A stretch of DNA of 64,000 nucleotides, from contig MU626340.1 of the NCBI GenBank assembly GCA_025603075.1, forward strand, positions 1-64,000, written 5' to 3'. The position numbers and the translations under genes are program-made. The stretch comes from Neoconidiobolus thromboides FSU 785 (lineage: Eukaryota; Fungi; Entomophthoromycota). The notes under the pieces are model-generated. The model was given only the letters and a program-made list of their open reading frames with translations, did not search any database and was not told the origin of the DNA. Below, in pieces: positions 49,521 through 63,071 of this stretch (position 1 is the stretch's first letter; every line of letters begins with the position of its first letter).

Positions 49521-51146
49521 TTAAATTAATTCAAAATATCTTTTAGTTTCCCAATCTGTCACAGCACCTTCAAAAAGATCAATTTCATGTCTGCAAACAA
49601 GAGAATAATGGTCAATTAAGTCATCACCTAACGCTTTTCTAGCAAATGAATCCTTTGCGTTCATTAATTCATGTGCCTCCTTTAAGCTTTTTGGTAATTT
49701 TTCACCAGGGTAATCATTTAAACTTTGTCCTTCTTTCAATGGTGGTAGCGGGTTTGCTAGCTTGTTTTTTATTGCATAGCTTCCAGAAGCTAAAATTGCT
49801 GCAATAGCTAATGAGGCATTGATATCAGATCCAGAAACTCTCTATAAAATTTAAAATTTACTCTAATATTTGTTAAATTGAGTTACTATTTCAATACGAG
49901 TAGCCTCTTTAGAGCACGTTGGAGGGGCAATAACTCTTATAGAAGCTAATCGGTTATCATATCCCCAAGCAACCCTTACTGGGGCCCAATAATTCTCATT
50001 TAATCTTTTGTAGCTAATAAACTAATGAATAAACTAATAAGCAAATAAGGTTAAAAAGTACCTGTTGATAGTAGGAGCCAAAAAAGGCATAATTGAAGGT
50101 AATGCCAAGACTAAACCAGCAATAAAATGATCTAGTGTCTTTGATGTATTTTTTCCTTCATCACTGAACATATTATTTGTATCCTGAAGATCTTTAAGTG
50201 AAAGATGAATGTGTCCGGAACATCCTGGTAAATCGCTCTTAGGTTTAGCCATAAATGATGCCATGATATTATGTTTTAGCCCTATTTGTTTCACTGCAGT
50301 TTTGAATAATACTGCATTATCAGCCATTTTTAATGCTGGGCAGTAAGCTAATGCTGCTTCATATACACCAGGACCTGGTAACATTTAGTTTGTATATATT
50401 GAAGAAAAAACAACTAACCTGTTTCAGTATGGAGGCCTTCAATATCTATATCAATTTTTTTACATTGATCAAAAATGTCGTTAAAGTAATCATTTTTTAA
50501 ATTGGTACGTAACAATGAATATCCGAAATAGCCTGGGGTAAGGAATTTAGGGGTAGAAGGGTGCTCAGATAAACTCTGGGGAGTTTCTACCTTTTATGAA
50601 TTAAAGAAAAGAAAATGAAATAAATTGTTACCATCGTAGTTGAACCATTCATACTCTACTCCACAGTAAGGGTTAAATCCCAATGAATTTAAATTACTAA
50701 TCACTTGCTTCAATACGTTTCTAGGGCAAACAGGTAAGATTTTACCCTCTTCAATAAAGAAATCTACTAAAAAGAAGGGGATATCGTCTTCCCATGGGAT
50801 CCTACGAAAGGATGTGATGTCAATTTTAGCGAGAAGGTCCGAATAACCATTTTCAGTACTAGAATATTTGCTAGGTTGAAAATAATTTTGGTCGTGCAAG
50901 TCCCAACCGAATATTACTGAACAGAAGCCAAATGAGTTATGTTTTACACTGCTAAGAAACTTTTCTTTGCTAATCACTTTTCCTCTTAATACTCCATTAA
51001 TATCAATACCAGCGACTTTCACCTGATATATTAAGTATAGCTTAAAATAATGGTATTAAAAATAAAGTTACCTTGTTATCATCTTTAAGCTCGTCCTTTA
51101 ACTTCTCGATAGTTACTGATTCTTCTTTATAGTCTCTGGTTGGCAT
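49521..51146 (-). CDS. Glutamine synthetase-like (GSI-type / gamma-glutamyl-amine ligase-like) enzyme; multi-exon
   Basis: GIDINGVLRGK, CGVEYEW, HTETGPGVYEAAL, FMAKP…GCSGHIHLSL, LAPTIN and WGYDNRLASIRV. Confidence 0.88.
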
Positions 51147-52757
51147 ATTTATTTTGTTTTTGTAATCTTTCATTAGTTAATTGGAAACGTTGTCTTATAT
51201 ATACTTTCCTATAATGCCACATGATTTTCAATTATGTCATTTTGTCATTTGTAATATAAGGGATGATATAATAGCCAATAAAGTTGATTAGAGTATAATT
51301 TATGTAACCAGTTTTAGCTATTCTTATCTTTTCCATCAATTATGGATTAATTTTTATGGCAGCTTTTGTATGTAACTGATTTTATCTATAAAAAATAGTT
51401 ATAAAGTATCATAACTAAATACGAAAACCCGAGTTACAGAGGAAGTTATGCTAAAATAATTTTAAAGGCTGAGTTATAATAATGTAAGTTAGTTTAAAAT
51501 ATATATATGCATCATATAAATCCTTCCCCTATTTATTCTACAAAATAGCATAATGACTTGATATAAATTATTAAGAAGGTTCTAAATTTCAGATGCTATT
51601 CATTAAAAATTAAGATTTTTACTAATTTATGGTTATAAAGTAATACTAAATAAAAATAAAAATATACAAAGTATCATGTATTTAATACATCTAGCATGCT
51701 TTTAATGGTTTATTATATATCTCATAGTCTATAAATTATGTACATTAGATCGAATTTAGCTATAAGACAATAAAACTACAGGTTTCTTTAAAAAATCTTG
51801 ATGTAGTATAGTAATAAAAATTGAAAGAATATCATGACAAGCATATATTGAATAACCAAATAGGCATTAATAATAAATGCTTTTACCATTTGGGTAAAAA
51901 ATCCCAAAAAAATTCTACTCCAAACAAAAAGGAATTTTTGACAAAGAAAATCGAATTGAAACATAATCCTTTGTTTAGCTGGTATATATGATATACATAT
52001 TCGAATTTGTCGATGGTTAGGAATCGTTTTTTAATATATCTCAATGTATGTAAAAAAGCACAAAAACAAAAAAATAAAATGATCATAACTCCTCTTTATG
52101 TTCCTACCTCAGGAAAGAAAATAGTACGATGGAATACACTTTTACTACTAATTTTAATAAATCAGCACTTCAATAATAATTGCTATTGGCTTTATTCAGA
52201 TATCCTCAGTGCTACAACAACTGATTTTCCAAGATTTTTCAGGTTGAGATATTCAAAATTCAATAATTCTTCCGATTCCTTTGTTTCTCCGTATTGATTT
52301 GAGCTTTTTAAAGTATAGATATACATATGCGTATCTATCTTTGTTGGCATATAAAATTTCAATTCCTACTTTACGAATTAGAAATCTGGTTTTCATAAAG
52401 ATGTCAAATAAAATTTTATGCGTTTTGAAGCTGTAGAGCTCTTGAGTTAAATTCATTTCCAGCAGCTTAATAATCTCTTGATTTTTTACTTTATCTTTAC
52501 CTGTTTAATTCTTAGCTTTATATCCATGGTGAGGGGATAAATTGCAGTCATAAATAGCTTTTACCAAAAAGTAATTTTTATTTTAAACTAATGAATACAT
52601 TTATTGTAGCAATTAATACGTCTTTAGTCTTTTTCTAAAAAAATAAGCTTATGGAGATATCTAATAAAAATGACAAGGGTTGTATTTGAAAAAGTTCTAC
52701 TTAAAAGCAGCAAATTGGTTGATAGAATCGTAGTCTGATCCAAGCCTAGCATATGAT

Positions 52758-52858
52758 ATATGTGGGGACGCCCTTTTTTGTTTTAAGATTACTATACTTT
52801 TTCCACTTAATAGTGTTCAAAAATAGAAAAAACGATCAAATCAAAAGAGGTCCCATAT
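52758..52858 (-). mobile_element. MITE-like element copy, degenerate
   Basis: ttttccacttaatagtgttcaaaaatagaaaa core; ATAT flanks. Confidence 0.7.
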
Positions 52859-53689
52859 ATGCTCTGTGAATTTCTTATTTGTACTATTTATAAATTCAGA
52901 ATATTCGCTCCCTTTTGATTTAATAAATAGATCCATTATCTTAATATAAATGGACCTTCACCCTAAATGATTGTTTAAACTGTTTAATAATAATATTTTA
53001 AAGCTTTTTAGCTTATAAAAGAGCTTTGGTATAAAGTTTATGATTTCAGGTTAATTAAGTTAAATATGACACCCTTTTTACTTTTAGCAAAAAGATCTAA
53101 ATTTATTGAACAATTGGATTAAATTAGAGTTATATTTTGATCATTTTTGAATGCTTACGCTTACATCTTAGGAGTGTTATTTTGTGAGATAATTTAATCA
53201 CAATATTACAATTAGGAGTATAATATTTTTGTGGTTTTCGGAACAAGTATTAATAGAGACAAAGCAATCCATAAAATTAGTCCTATTTATATAAATCCTA
53301 AGTTTGTAGAAAATAAAGGTTTATAAAAGCTAAACTATTGATAAAGAATAGTAAAAGAGGGGTGTTGAGACACAAATTAGAAAAAGGATAAAACCAAAGA
53401 AAAAAGTCAAAGATAATAGCAACTATACTCCTGCTTGCCACTCCGGTAGATTTATTCATTTTAAGCTTTTAAAAAAGCCTGGAAAATTAGCTTATTTGCC
53501 ATCAAGAGATTTATTTTATGTTTCCAAATCTATATTTTTAATAGTATCAAAAGACACTAAGATTGAAATCCTCAACGGTGATTTATCAAGGTAGTATAAA
53601 GCTCAATCGTAATATACAGGCGGATCATGGGTAATTTTAGTCTCATGTTCAAAAACAGCAAAGATGCTTTGTAATGATATTATTAACTT

Positions 53690-54790
53690 TCCTAAATAAA
53701 TGCCTGTAGAAGCATTTCCTAATACTATATTTGCCAAATTCATGGGTATCAATCTAGTATTTTCTAATCATGAGGTACGGAAATGTCACCATGAAGTGTT
53801 AAATCCAATTTTGATGAATAGTCTTCAACTCAAATATTTACTGAAGCTATTGAAGGTTTTTTGAAGTAGCTGAAAAAATGAATGGAAAGGATATTGATGC
53901 TTATAAACACATGTAGAGGATCACTATGGATGACTTAGGTGGAGGTATTATATGTATAGATTTTAATTTCGTTGAAAATAATTGTGTTAAGTCTACTGAT
54001 GCTTATAATTATATACAAAATGATTCACTCAAAGCTTTTTAATTGTTTTTTCCCTTTCTTGAAGACTCTTGGAATCCGTTTCATAAACCAGCTTATAATC
54101 AGTTAATACTCCTTGAAAGTTACTTTAACTCAATTTTGAAAGAAAAGAGACTTAATTTGGCTAATAATCAATGTAAAAGTGAAGCTGATGAAGACATTTT
54201 AACTTTGATGATAAAAGCTAGTATGGAAGAAGATGTCCGATCCATTGAAAAAGGAATTCATGGCAATATTGTAATATCTCTACTAGGTGACCATGGTACT
54301 ACTGCTTTTCCATTGTCTGCTACTCTACATTTCTTGGCTCAAAATTCATATATTCAAGAAAAATTACATAAAGAATGAAAGTGATGAGTATCAATGAATA
54401 CAATAATAAAATAATATATGATGTAATTATTCCAACTGTTGAATAAATCAAAGGGATACACTATATGCTGTAATGAAGAAAACAACGAGGCTATATCCAT
54501 CAGTAAATAGGTTACCAGCTCGAGCTAGTAAAAAATAAGTTGAAATGAATAGATTTAGTATTCCGCTAAACAGTGCCATCAAAATTCATATATATTTAAC
54601 CCATTGTGGTTCAGATAATCAGAAATATCTTAATGTTTTTGGCCAGATAGATTTACGAATGATAATAGAATTGACCCTTGTCTTTGAATGCCATTTGATA
54701 CAGGAACAAGATTGTGTATTAGAATAAAATTATTAATATTGGAGCAAAAATCAACATTATCTGTTACACTTTCTAGGTATCACATATCAT
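53690..54790 (+). pseudogene. Degenerate, apparently intronless cytochrome P450 (family unrelated to the pair at 1 and 17 kb)
   Basis: Broken frames still show KFMGINLVFSNHE, RITMDDLG, DILTLMIKAS, LGDHGTTA (I-helix), KKTTRLYP, FWPDRF and MPFDTGTRLCI. Frameshifts and stops lie between them; boundaries are approximate. Confidence 0.8.
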
Positions 54791-56412
54791 ACGATAAAGA
54801 TGCTCATCAGTCCAAAGGTACTTCTTTTAGCCTTGTGGTAGCTTCTCGCTTCTAGCAGAGAATCACAAACTAAACTTTAAGCCTTTTCTATGGTACTGTA
54901 GTAAAGTTCCAGTTAAATCTATCTAATTTTAATCAAACTTTTCTCTATACTATACTTTTGTTAAAGGTTTACTATAGTAAACATAAAATTTTTTAGGCAA
55001 GCCCTTAGGGATGCCTACTAATATAGTAAACAACCTAAGGCATGAAAATTATACGAAATTGTTTATACTAAAACGATGATATTTTAGAATTTACAATATA
55101 ATTAATATATATAGCTGGTGTTTTTTATTATCGTGTCAATATCCATGCTAATTAAAATAATTTAACCACCGTAAAAGCGAAATTGATCGACATCAAAAGA
55201 GATGATTTGAATTTCCCTAAGAAGAACTTTTATACGCTTTAGTACTTGTCTTATTAAAATAAGTTTCCAACGCTTTAAATCTCAAGTTTTCTCTAATATA
55301 GCTTTGTTACTCTACTCATCCTACACACGGTACCTTTCTTCATTGGAAACTAAATGACAATAGAGATTTTATTATCAATAAGTTTCTTTAAAATGGTTTA
55401 GAGAGTTTTTTGGTGTCTTTATAATTTAAAGCTTTATAAATACAAAACATTTCTTGAATATTGATCATAGAACTTAGATTAATGCGATGTATTTCATAAC
55501 CCCTCTCCAGCCTTTGCAACCTATAGAGTGTTCTGAATTTAACTATCATTCAGTCAATATTAAACAACTGCATATTAGACTATATTTATTCTAACATTTT
55601 GGTTAGGTTGGTACTTATGCCAATAATAAGTCAACATAGCTACTAAATAGGCTTTGGCACTTTTAGAACATTTGTTTTTTTGGAAAGAATTATTACTATA
55701 TATATGATATTGCTCAATTATGTAAAAGTTGAAAATATTTAGAAACAAACTAAAGCATTACCTAACAAGTTGAAAAAAATTCACCTATAAAAGACTTATC
55801 GTTTGCTATACTTAAAGGAAAGGAAATGAACGACATTGCGATTTTAAAAAACCGTATTGGATATTAGTACAAAAGGATGTTTTATGCTTTTCATGGTGTG
55901 AAGATCATGAGAGCAATTATTCATGTATGAAAATTAAGCATTTTTGACAAGCATTTTTAATAGGAGTTTATGAAAGCTTAACTGCTGAATAACAGGTCTG
56001 CAAAAAATCGAAAAAATCTCTTTGTATCGACTATGAGGCTTTAGCTCAATGTTTCTACTTAAGCTTTTGACTATAATAATCCATAAATTTTGCTAATTTA
56101 TATAATTTATCAAAACCATTCTATTTACCTTTTCTCATTAATATATTTTATTTTCCTGTTATCTTTGTTCAAAGTAAATACGAAAGCAGCGTGCAGTATC
56201 ACAAAATGTTAAACTCGTACTAAAATAGTAATTCATTGGTCATTTACTATAATTTTTGCATAGAAAGTATACTTAGCTATGAATAATATTAAATGACAAA
56301 TTTAGTGCTAATTTTTCCCCTTATTGTTATAAGCAAAGATACAAAACTAGTCTGCTAAATCAAAAATTAGATAGCGCAGTAGAACTAAAAGTATAGAAAG
56401 ATTAAAAAGATA

Positions 56413-56859
56413 ATGAAGATATGTGTTTCAATCAAAGATTATTGGAAATATTTACTCATAGGCCTAGTAATTATAGTACTTGGGCCCGCTCTTTGTATGT
56501 GCCTAAAAGATACGGTTTTAGAGTTAGTAAAAGTGGTACATAGGAAGAATCCTAACAATAAAAGGAATAGTACACATGAAGATATTAGCATAAAAAACTA
56601 TATTGAGGAAATCAATACTGTAATGAATTATGGAAACCAGGATTCAAATAGGCTAGATAGCGGAAGAGAGACAAATGCCATAGTGACTGGGACTTACAGA
56701 AATCCACACTTTGAAGCAAATAATAGCCAAAGGATATTAAGAAAAACATCAATAAAAAACGGTCCGGTGATGAATATGAGAAATTTTAATATTAGTCCTA
56801 GAAAAAGTAATAAGATTTTAAAAGGAAGCAATAACAATATATGGAGGATGTATTTTTAA
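56413..56859 (+). CDS. Orphan single-pass membrane protein (148 aa); stop codon supplied by a MITE copy
   Basis: Long open frame in AT-rich DNA with a hydrophobic stretch YLLIGLVIIVLGPALCMCL; no recognised domain. Confidence 0.4.
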   Translation: MKICVSIKDYWKYLLIGLVIIVLGPALCMCLKDTVLELVKVVHRKNPNNKRNSTHEDISIKNYIEEINTVMNYGNQDSNRLDSGRETNAIVTGTYRNPHFEANNSQRILRKTSIKNGPVMNMRNFNISPRKSNKILKGSNNNIWRMYF

Positions 56860-56937
56860 AGAATTTTACTAACAATTATTCTACTTAAATAGCGCTTGAA
56901 AATGGAAAAAGTAATGAAATAAAAAAAACACCATTAT
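56839..56937 (-). mobile_element. MITE-like element copy overlapping the end of ORF 56413-56859
   Basis: Family core cttaaatagcgcttgaaaatggaaaaag. Confidence 0.8.
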
Positions 56938-57328
56938 AGATTTCAATGAAAGCTACATAATCTAAAAAGAGTATGTAACAATAAATTCAGAATTCCTTTA
57001 TTATGAAATTGAACTAATTAATTTTCATTGTACTTTGAAAATTCATTTGGGTATACTGGAAAGTGTATAGATAAACTCAATAGTAAATTGTTAATAAAAG
57101 AGATTAGAGGCACTAAATGATTTATACAGAATCTCATATCTTGTTAAACAATAAATTCTATGGAATGATGCTTGATATTGAACTTTATCCAAATGCTTTT
57201 ATTTGTATCTTTGAAGCAGAGGACATTATTGACTATTTTTATGACATGAAATTGAAGCATACAACTTTCGCTTACAATGACAATGGCTTATGTTACTATA
57301 GTTTGAACCTAGTACCATATATCTAACT

Positions 57329-57431
57329 ATATGAAGATGTATTTTTACGTTTAAGAATTTTAGTGGTAGTTTTTCTACTTAAATAGCGCTTAAAAAAGGA
57401 AGAAATGATGAAGCCAAAAGCATTCGCATAT
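57329..57431 (-). mobile_element. MITE-like element copy
   Basis: Family core; ATAT/ATAT flanks. Confidence 0.8.
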
Positions 57432-59372
57432 ATTGCTCCAGTGATATTCTACTTAAATATAATTTTGGCAGCAAGACTTTTCTTTATCGTAGGACTGATC
57501 AGTTTCAACCTGGCTCAAATTACACATATATCTGGGAACCCCCTTTAATATATTAATTTAGGTAATTGTTGGTATCCATATTATACATTTATAATTAGAT
57601 TTATTAACAAATTGCATAATCGCTCTGGCTATTAATTATATTACAAAATACCTAACTTAAATATAATAAGCAAACATTAATACTTAAATTCATTAAAAGT
57701 AGCTATTCTAAAATTCTACAATATTACATAGCCGTATTATTCCTATGTCTTTTTTTATCCGAAAATAGTTCTATACTATTGTTAAAACTTAAAAGAAGTT
57801 TATAGTTAATATTATCTAAAGTAAAAATTTTAAACTTAATGTTTATAGATTTCTTTAAACCAAATACTACAAAAATAAATCATGTAAAGATATTTTATTA
57901 TGTTTTCAATTAAGCAGCTATAGTATAAATATTAGGAGGAGATAGTATTTCTAAATTATATTCAAACGAATTTATATCATCCTCGCCATTAATAGTATAA
58001 TAAAAAATGGAATTTAGGATCTTATAATTGTACTTAGTTTAAAGAGCTAAAAGCTTCTTCAAAATTATATAAAGAAATAAAAAAATCATCATGCTTATAT
58101 ATTAAACAGCACTATAAGAACCAATGGCCTTAGCACATTTTTATTAAAAAATTATTAGAAAAGTACTTAAGAAAAGTATACGATTTTCGTAAATTGATGT
58201 ATTTAAGAACTAAATATAAAAATTTAATATTTGATAGCTTACTTATTATATAGACATTGCTACGAAAAAGATTGTCTAATAAATTAATTTATACCTACTA
58301 CACCCTGGGGAGATTTTACTAATGCTTTTATAATTCTATACCTAGGTGTAATCAAATATAAGTAAGCTTTACTATCATGCCCAATAGTATTAATATCTGA
58401 TGTCTGATGTCTGGTAATTTGCTTTCATAAAATTATATATATGCATTACATCTACTATGACTACATGTATTATTAGCTGATTATAATTGCTATATATAGT
58501 TTAAAAAGTGATGTTTTCTAAAGCGAAATTTTAATAATGTTCAGAACCATCTACTTGCATATTTAAATCATAATATTTAGATAATCTGATAAATATGACA
58601 TTTATATTATCAATTTGGAATTAATTTATATAGTATTGCTTAAGTTTTATTAAAAGTCATAAAAACATCTAGCATTGATACAATATAGTTCTTATCTATG
58701 ACTCTATTTTTTGTCTTCAATATCGTAAATTAGCGAAGTGACTCCCCAAATCTAAAATTAACAATTTAAGAACCAATCAAATAAATTTTTGTTGCGAAAA
58801 GATTGATAGAAATTTCAAGGGTGTAATAATATTCAATAAGAAAGTGTAAAATTTGTGGGCGGAGAATTAGTCAATTTAAATATAAGACTTTATTCAATGC
58901 AAATTCTAGTAAAATGATTTCTCCGTTTTTAATTTATATTAGAATTTTGTTTTTAATAATAATACATTTAGAATAGTAAGTGGTATACTCATTATCTCTG
59001 TTTGTTGATAAATCTAATATAAAATAAAACGCACCACAGGTTATAATTAACATCAAACAAGGAATGTTACTTATTACTCTAAAAATAATTGCTTGGTTTT
59101 GTTAAATTTGCTCTAAAAAAACAAAATGCTATTTTTATTGTTTTCCTTCAAAAAAGCATAATTTGACACTAAATTTAGGATAGTGAATTAGCGTGAAAGT
59201 TATTTTTATTCATATTAAATTAGGGAATAGAATAAAAAAATTCGCTAAGAGTAAAAAAGAGCTGACATCATAATTAAAAAACAAAAGTGGATATAAAGAT
59301 GAAATAAAATCAACAAAGTAATAAATTAATTGAAATCATATTTATTAATTTGATCATCTAAAGTCATAAAGA

Positions 59373-61424
59373 ATGGATCGGTCGTGTCCAAGTCCAGCTA
59401 ATGAAGAAACTCTAATGTTAAAAGAAAAAGGTATTTTGATTTTATCTTTTTGATTTTTAATTATTTACATAATGGAAGATACTACTGTTATGGAGATGGA
59501 AGAAACTATGATAGGTAGCCCGAATGATAGTGACAGTGAGATTTACGAGATTGAGGACTTAGCACCAGCCAAAAATATAATGTGGCTTCCTTATTTATTA
59601 AAGCATTTGGCAATTATGCTTATTGGTGGAGTTATATTATCAGTTCCTGTCATTGTAATCGTATGCTTGGGCAAAATCAAATATGAGGATATATTTAAAG
59701 ATGTTGATCGCAACGATGAAAATTTTGGATTTATTATGACATCTAGGGCCTTTACTTGGGCTACTGGAATGCTAGTTATCACTACGTTTGTATCCTTTCT
59801 TGTTTCTATGTTACCAATATTTGTTTTATTTTGTGTACGTATTCTATCTTCTGGGAAGATAGAACTTGCTAAGCAATATCTAGAAGTAAGATTTTATTTT
59901 GAATTTCTACCAATTTTCTAAAACTTAATTTTATAGTTCTATATTGCACTAACAACCACTATAAAAGTGGTAATAAGTATGAGTATTGCATTTGGAATGT
60001 GGTGCTTCTCATTCCCGTCCTCAGTTACCTTTAGTCAGGGTGACAAGGAAAAGGCCACAGTAATTATTTTCAAAGTTATGTTTTCTTTATTAGTCATAAC
60101 TTTGATCATTGCTGTCGAGAGAATAATGATACAATTTATAGCAATACGTTTTCACCGAACTGCATATAAACATCGTTTAGATGAATCCTATTATGCTTCT
60201 ACTGTTTTGGATAAATTAGGAAAGGCAAGGCGTAGAATGGGATCGAGTACTAACATATTTAAATCAAATCCAAATTCAAGACCTCTAACGCCGGATAGAA
60301 GCTCTTTTAATTTAGTTAATGTTAGTAAAGCGCCAAAAGAGATTATTCATACGCCTTCTGGTACTGCTTATTCGTTTCCTAAAAAATATACCAAAGATCC
60401 AAATGCCAAGAAAATTTATGAAAGCATTAACAAGAAAGATTTTGAAGGAAGATATGAGGAGGACGTTGATTTACATTCTAAAGCCGAAGCGCGTAAACTG
60501 GCAGCTAAAATATTTAGCTCTTTGCAAAATAAGAGAAGATTCCTCATAGTTGAAGATTTTATGCCTTATTTCGATACCAGAGAAGATGCTATCAAAGCAT
60601 TCGAGTTCTTTGATAAAGATGGGAATGGTGATATCTCTAAAAGAGAAATGAGGGATCAAATATCATTTATTTATAAAGAAAGAAAGGATTTGACTCTTGC
60701 TTTAAGCGATACATCTCAAGCGGTTGGAAAATTGGATAAAATATTTTTGGTTCTTTTTATAATCATATGTGCTTTCGCTTGTAGCACTATATTTGGTAAA
60801 GATATTTACGCTTCTTTATTACCTTTTGGTACCTTCTTTTTAGGATTATCATTTATTTTTGGGGAGAACGCCAAGCAACTCTTCCAAAGTATTATTTTTT
60901 TATTCGTTATGCATCCCTATGATTCAGGAGATCGTATTTATATAGATAAGGATAACTATGTCGTCCTTAAGGTCGGTTTACTTGGATCAAAGCTAGCTCA
61001 TACCAATGGTCAAATAACTTATATACCACATAATATTTTAATGACAAAAATCATATACAATATTAGAAGGTCACCTACTCAAGCAGAACAAATTGATTTC
61101 CAAATTTCATTTGATACGCCTAAAGAGAAAATTTTAAAGTTAAAGGAGCGTATCAACCAGTATTTGGTAGATGAAGAGCCACGTGAATTTTTTGATGATC
61201 CATTGGTTGCCTTATCAGAGATCGTTGATTCCAATAAGCTAAATATGTTCATTTGGTTAGAACACAAAGGAAATTGGCAAGATGGGGGACGTAGATGGGC
61301 CAGAAAGACCAGATTTATGTTGGCATTGAAAGAAATTTGCCAAGATCTGGGATTAACATATTCTTTATTGCCTCAAAAAGTTCAACATGAAAATCCCCCA
61401 CCTGCTTTTTCAAGCTTAGAATAA
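59373..61424 (+). CDS. MscS-family mechanosensitive channel with EF-hand (Msy1/Msy2-like); two introns
   Basis: IQFIAIRFHRTAYKHRL, EF-hand DKDGNGDISKREM, LSFIFG, IIFLFVMHPYDSGDR, NIRRSP and HKGNWQ. The first short exon (59373-59430) is inferred. Confidence 0.92.
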
Positions 61425-61559
61425 AGCTTTTCTGGTTTTCCTATTATTATAAATACCAAAAAGTTCCTGTCCTATACTGTAACAATAAATTTAAACCTGA
61501 TTTTTACCTCATTATTAAATTATTATCACTATTTTATGTTAATGTACTTAATTTAATAT

Positions 61560-61664
61560 ATATGTGGATGTATTTTTTACTTAATAATTTTACTGACAAT
61601 TTTTCCACTTGAATAGTGCTCAAAAAACGGAAAAAGTTATGAAACCAAAAAAACAGCCCCATAT
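61560..61664 (-). mobile_element. MITE-like element copy
   Basis: Family core; ATAT/ATAT flanks. Confidence 0.85.
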
Positions 61665-62312
61665 GTTTATTAATTAATTCGACAAATCGCATCAAGTTTA
61701 CTGATGTTTTTAGGGAATAATGTATTGTAAAATATAAAATTCCTTGAAGAGCCCATGAAGATAAATTTTGTTTTAAACCTTTATTAACATTTGCATACAA
61801 CTAGAGGCCCGTAGAAATAAGTTTATTTCATAAAGGGGTCCTCAACATGTAGCATTCCCTATCAAATATCACTTTTAAAAAATAAAAAGGAGTGCATTTT
61901 TTGTTTCAGTATTTATCTATTAGATTTTCAAATTTATGTATAAAAAATGAACAATTTTGAATTGACTAAATATTCACACATGAATTCAGTTTGTAAAGAG
62001 TCCTTAGATTTTTTAGAATTAAAAAACAGTGCTTACAGTCTCTTCAGCTATGAAACTCTTCTATGGGTTTTTATAGTGCCTTTACTCGATTTTCTTTGTT
62101 GCTAGTCTTCTGTTGGATTCTTTCGATCATTTACATGATTATTAATATAAAAGCTGGGCATTGTTGATATTGAAATGTTAGAAATTTTAAATTCTACCAA
62201 GTTATTTAATTATTATATTCTTTGAGAATAAAGATTTTTTAAAATATACACAAAACGGAAAATAATAGAGGCTTTTTGGTATATATACATGATTATGATT
62301 TATTTGAAATAT

Positions 62313-63071
62313 TCCTGGAAGACATTGTACTTCCTCAAACCGGAAGCAAGTATCGGTTGGGATTTCATTAGCAACTGGGATTATATTTTTTATGGTACAA
62401 ATTTCACCTATAGAAGCTTTAATTTTAAGCTCATAAGGTCTAGTGATGTGTTATATCACCCAAAGATTGACCGTATTTATAAATAAAACAGTCCATTCAC
62501 CACCATCTTTGGATACTTGAACGTTGCCAATCGCATAGATTGAGTTTTGGACCTTATATTTAATAAAAAAGTTAAAAATTGTCGATATAAATACTAGCGA
62601 TGATTACAAAAACCGTGCAAAAAATTTACTAGACTGAGGTTCCCAACTTAATCAAACGTTCCCTTAGATACCAGGGCAAGCAATAACGGTACAACTTACA
62701 GAGACAGTTTTGACAGTCTAGTTTCTTTAACGAATTTTCACTTAATTGAATTGAATATCAAAGTAATCATGGTTTGGATATTCAGCGATTAAATGAACTA
62801 TAATATTATGATCTTCGTAATTTACTTTAATATAGGCATTAAAGATATGCATGCATTGAAACATAGTTAGACATTACATAGATATAATTTTTGTAAATAT
62901 TCAAATAAGAGCCATATCTGAAAATAAGTAAAGCAATGATTAACTATCAGTCATTACTTCAGTATATTTTTTACGGCCAAAGGCAGTATCGTTAGCGAAA
63001 TTACCATGGAGACCAGAATTCAGAAGTAAACTAGAAGAGGATAGACAGAATAATAAAAAGTTGAAATACAT
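62313..63071 (-). pseudogene. Expansin-like pseudogene, paralog of 22347-23102
   Basis: Same signal-peptide exon (MYFNFLLFCLSSSSLLLNSG) and alignable later exons (QVQNSIYAIGNVQV), with several stops and frameshifts in exon 2. Confidence 0.85.

Noticed and set aside
51883-52540. Short ORFs and interrupted minus-strand frames
   Set aside because: They may be a decayed gene, but I find no recognisable motif or consistent splice structure, so I cannot support a call.
29616-61267. Antisense or alternative-frame ORFs overlapping real genes (29616, 31724, 31756, 32183, 36200, 44105, 44286, 44613, 45615, 59591, 60319, 60471, 61079)
   Set aside because: Shadow ORFs of well-supported CDSs with no independent evidence.
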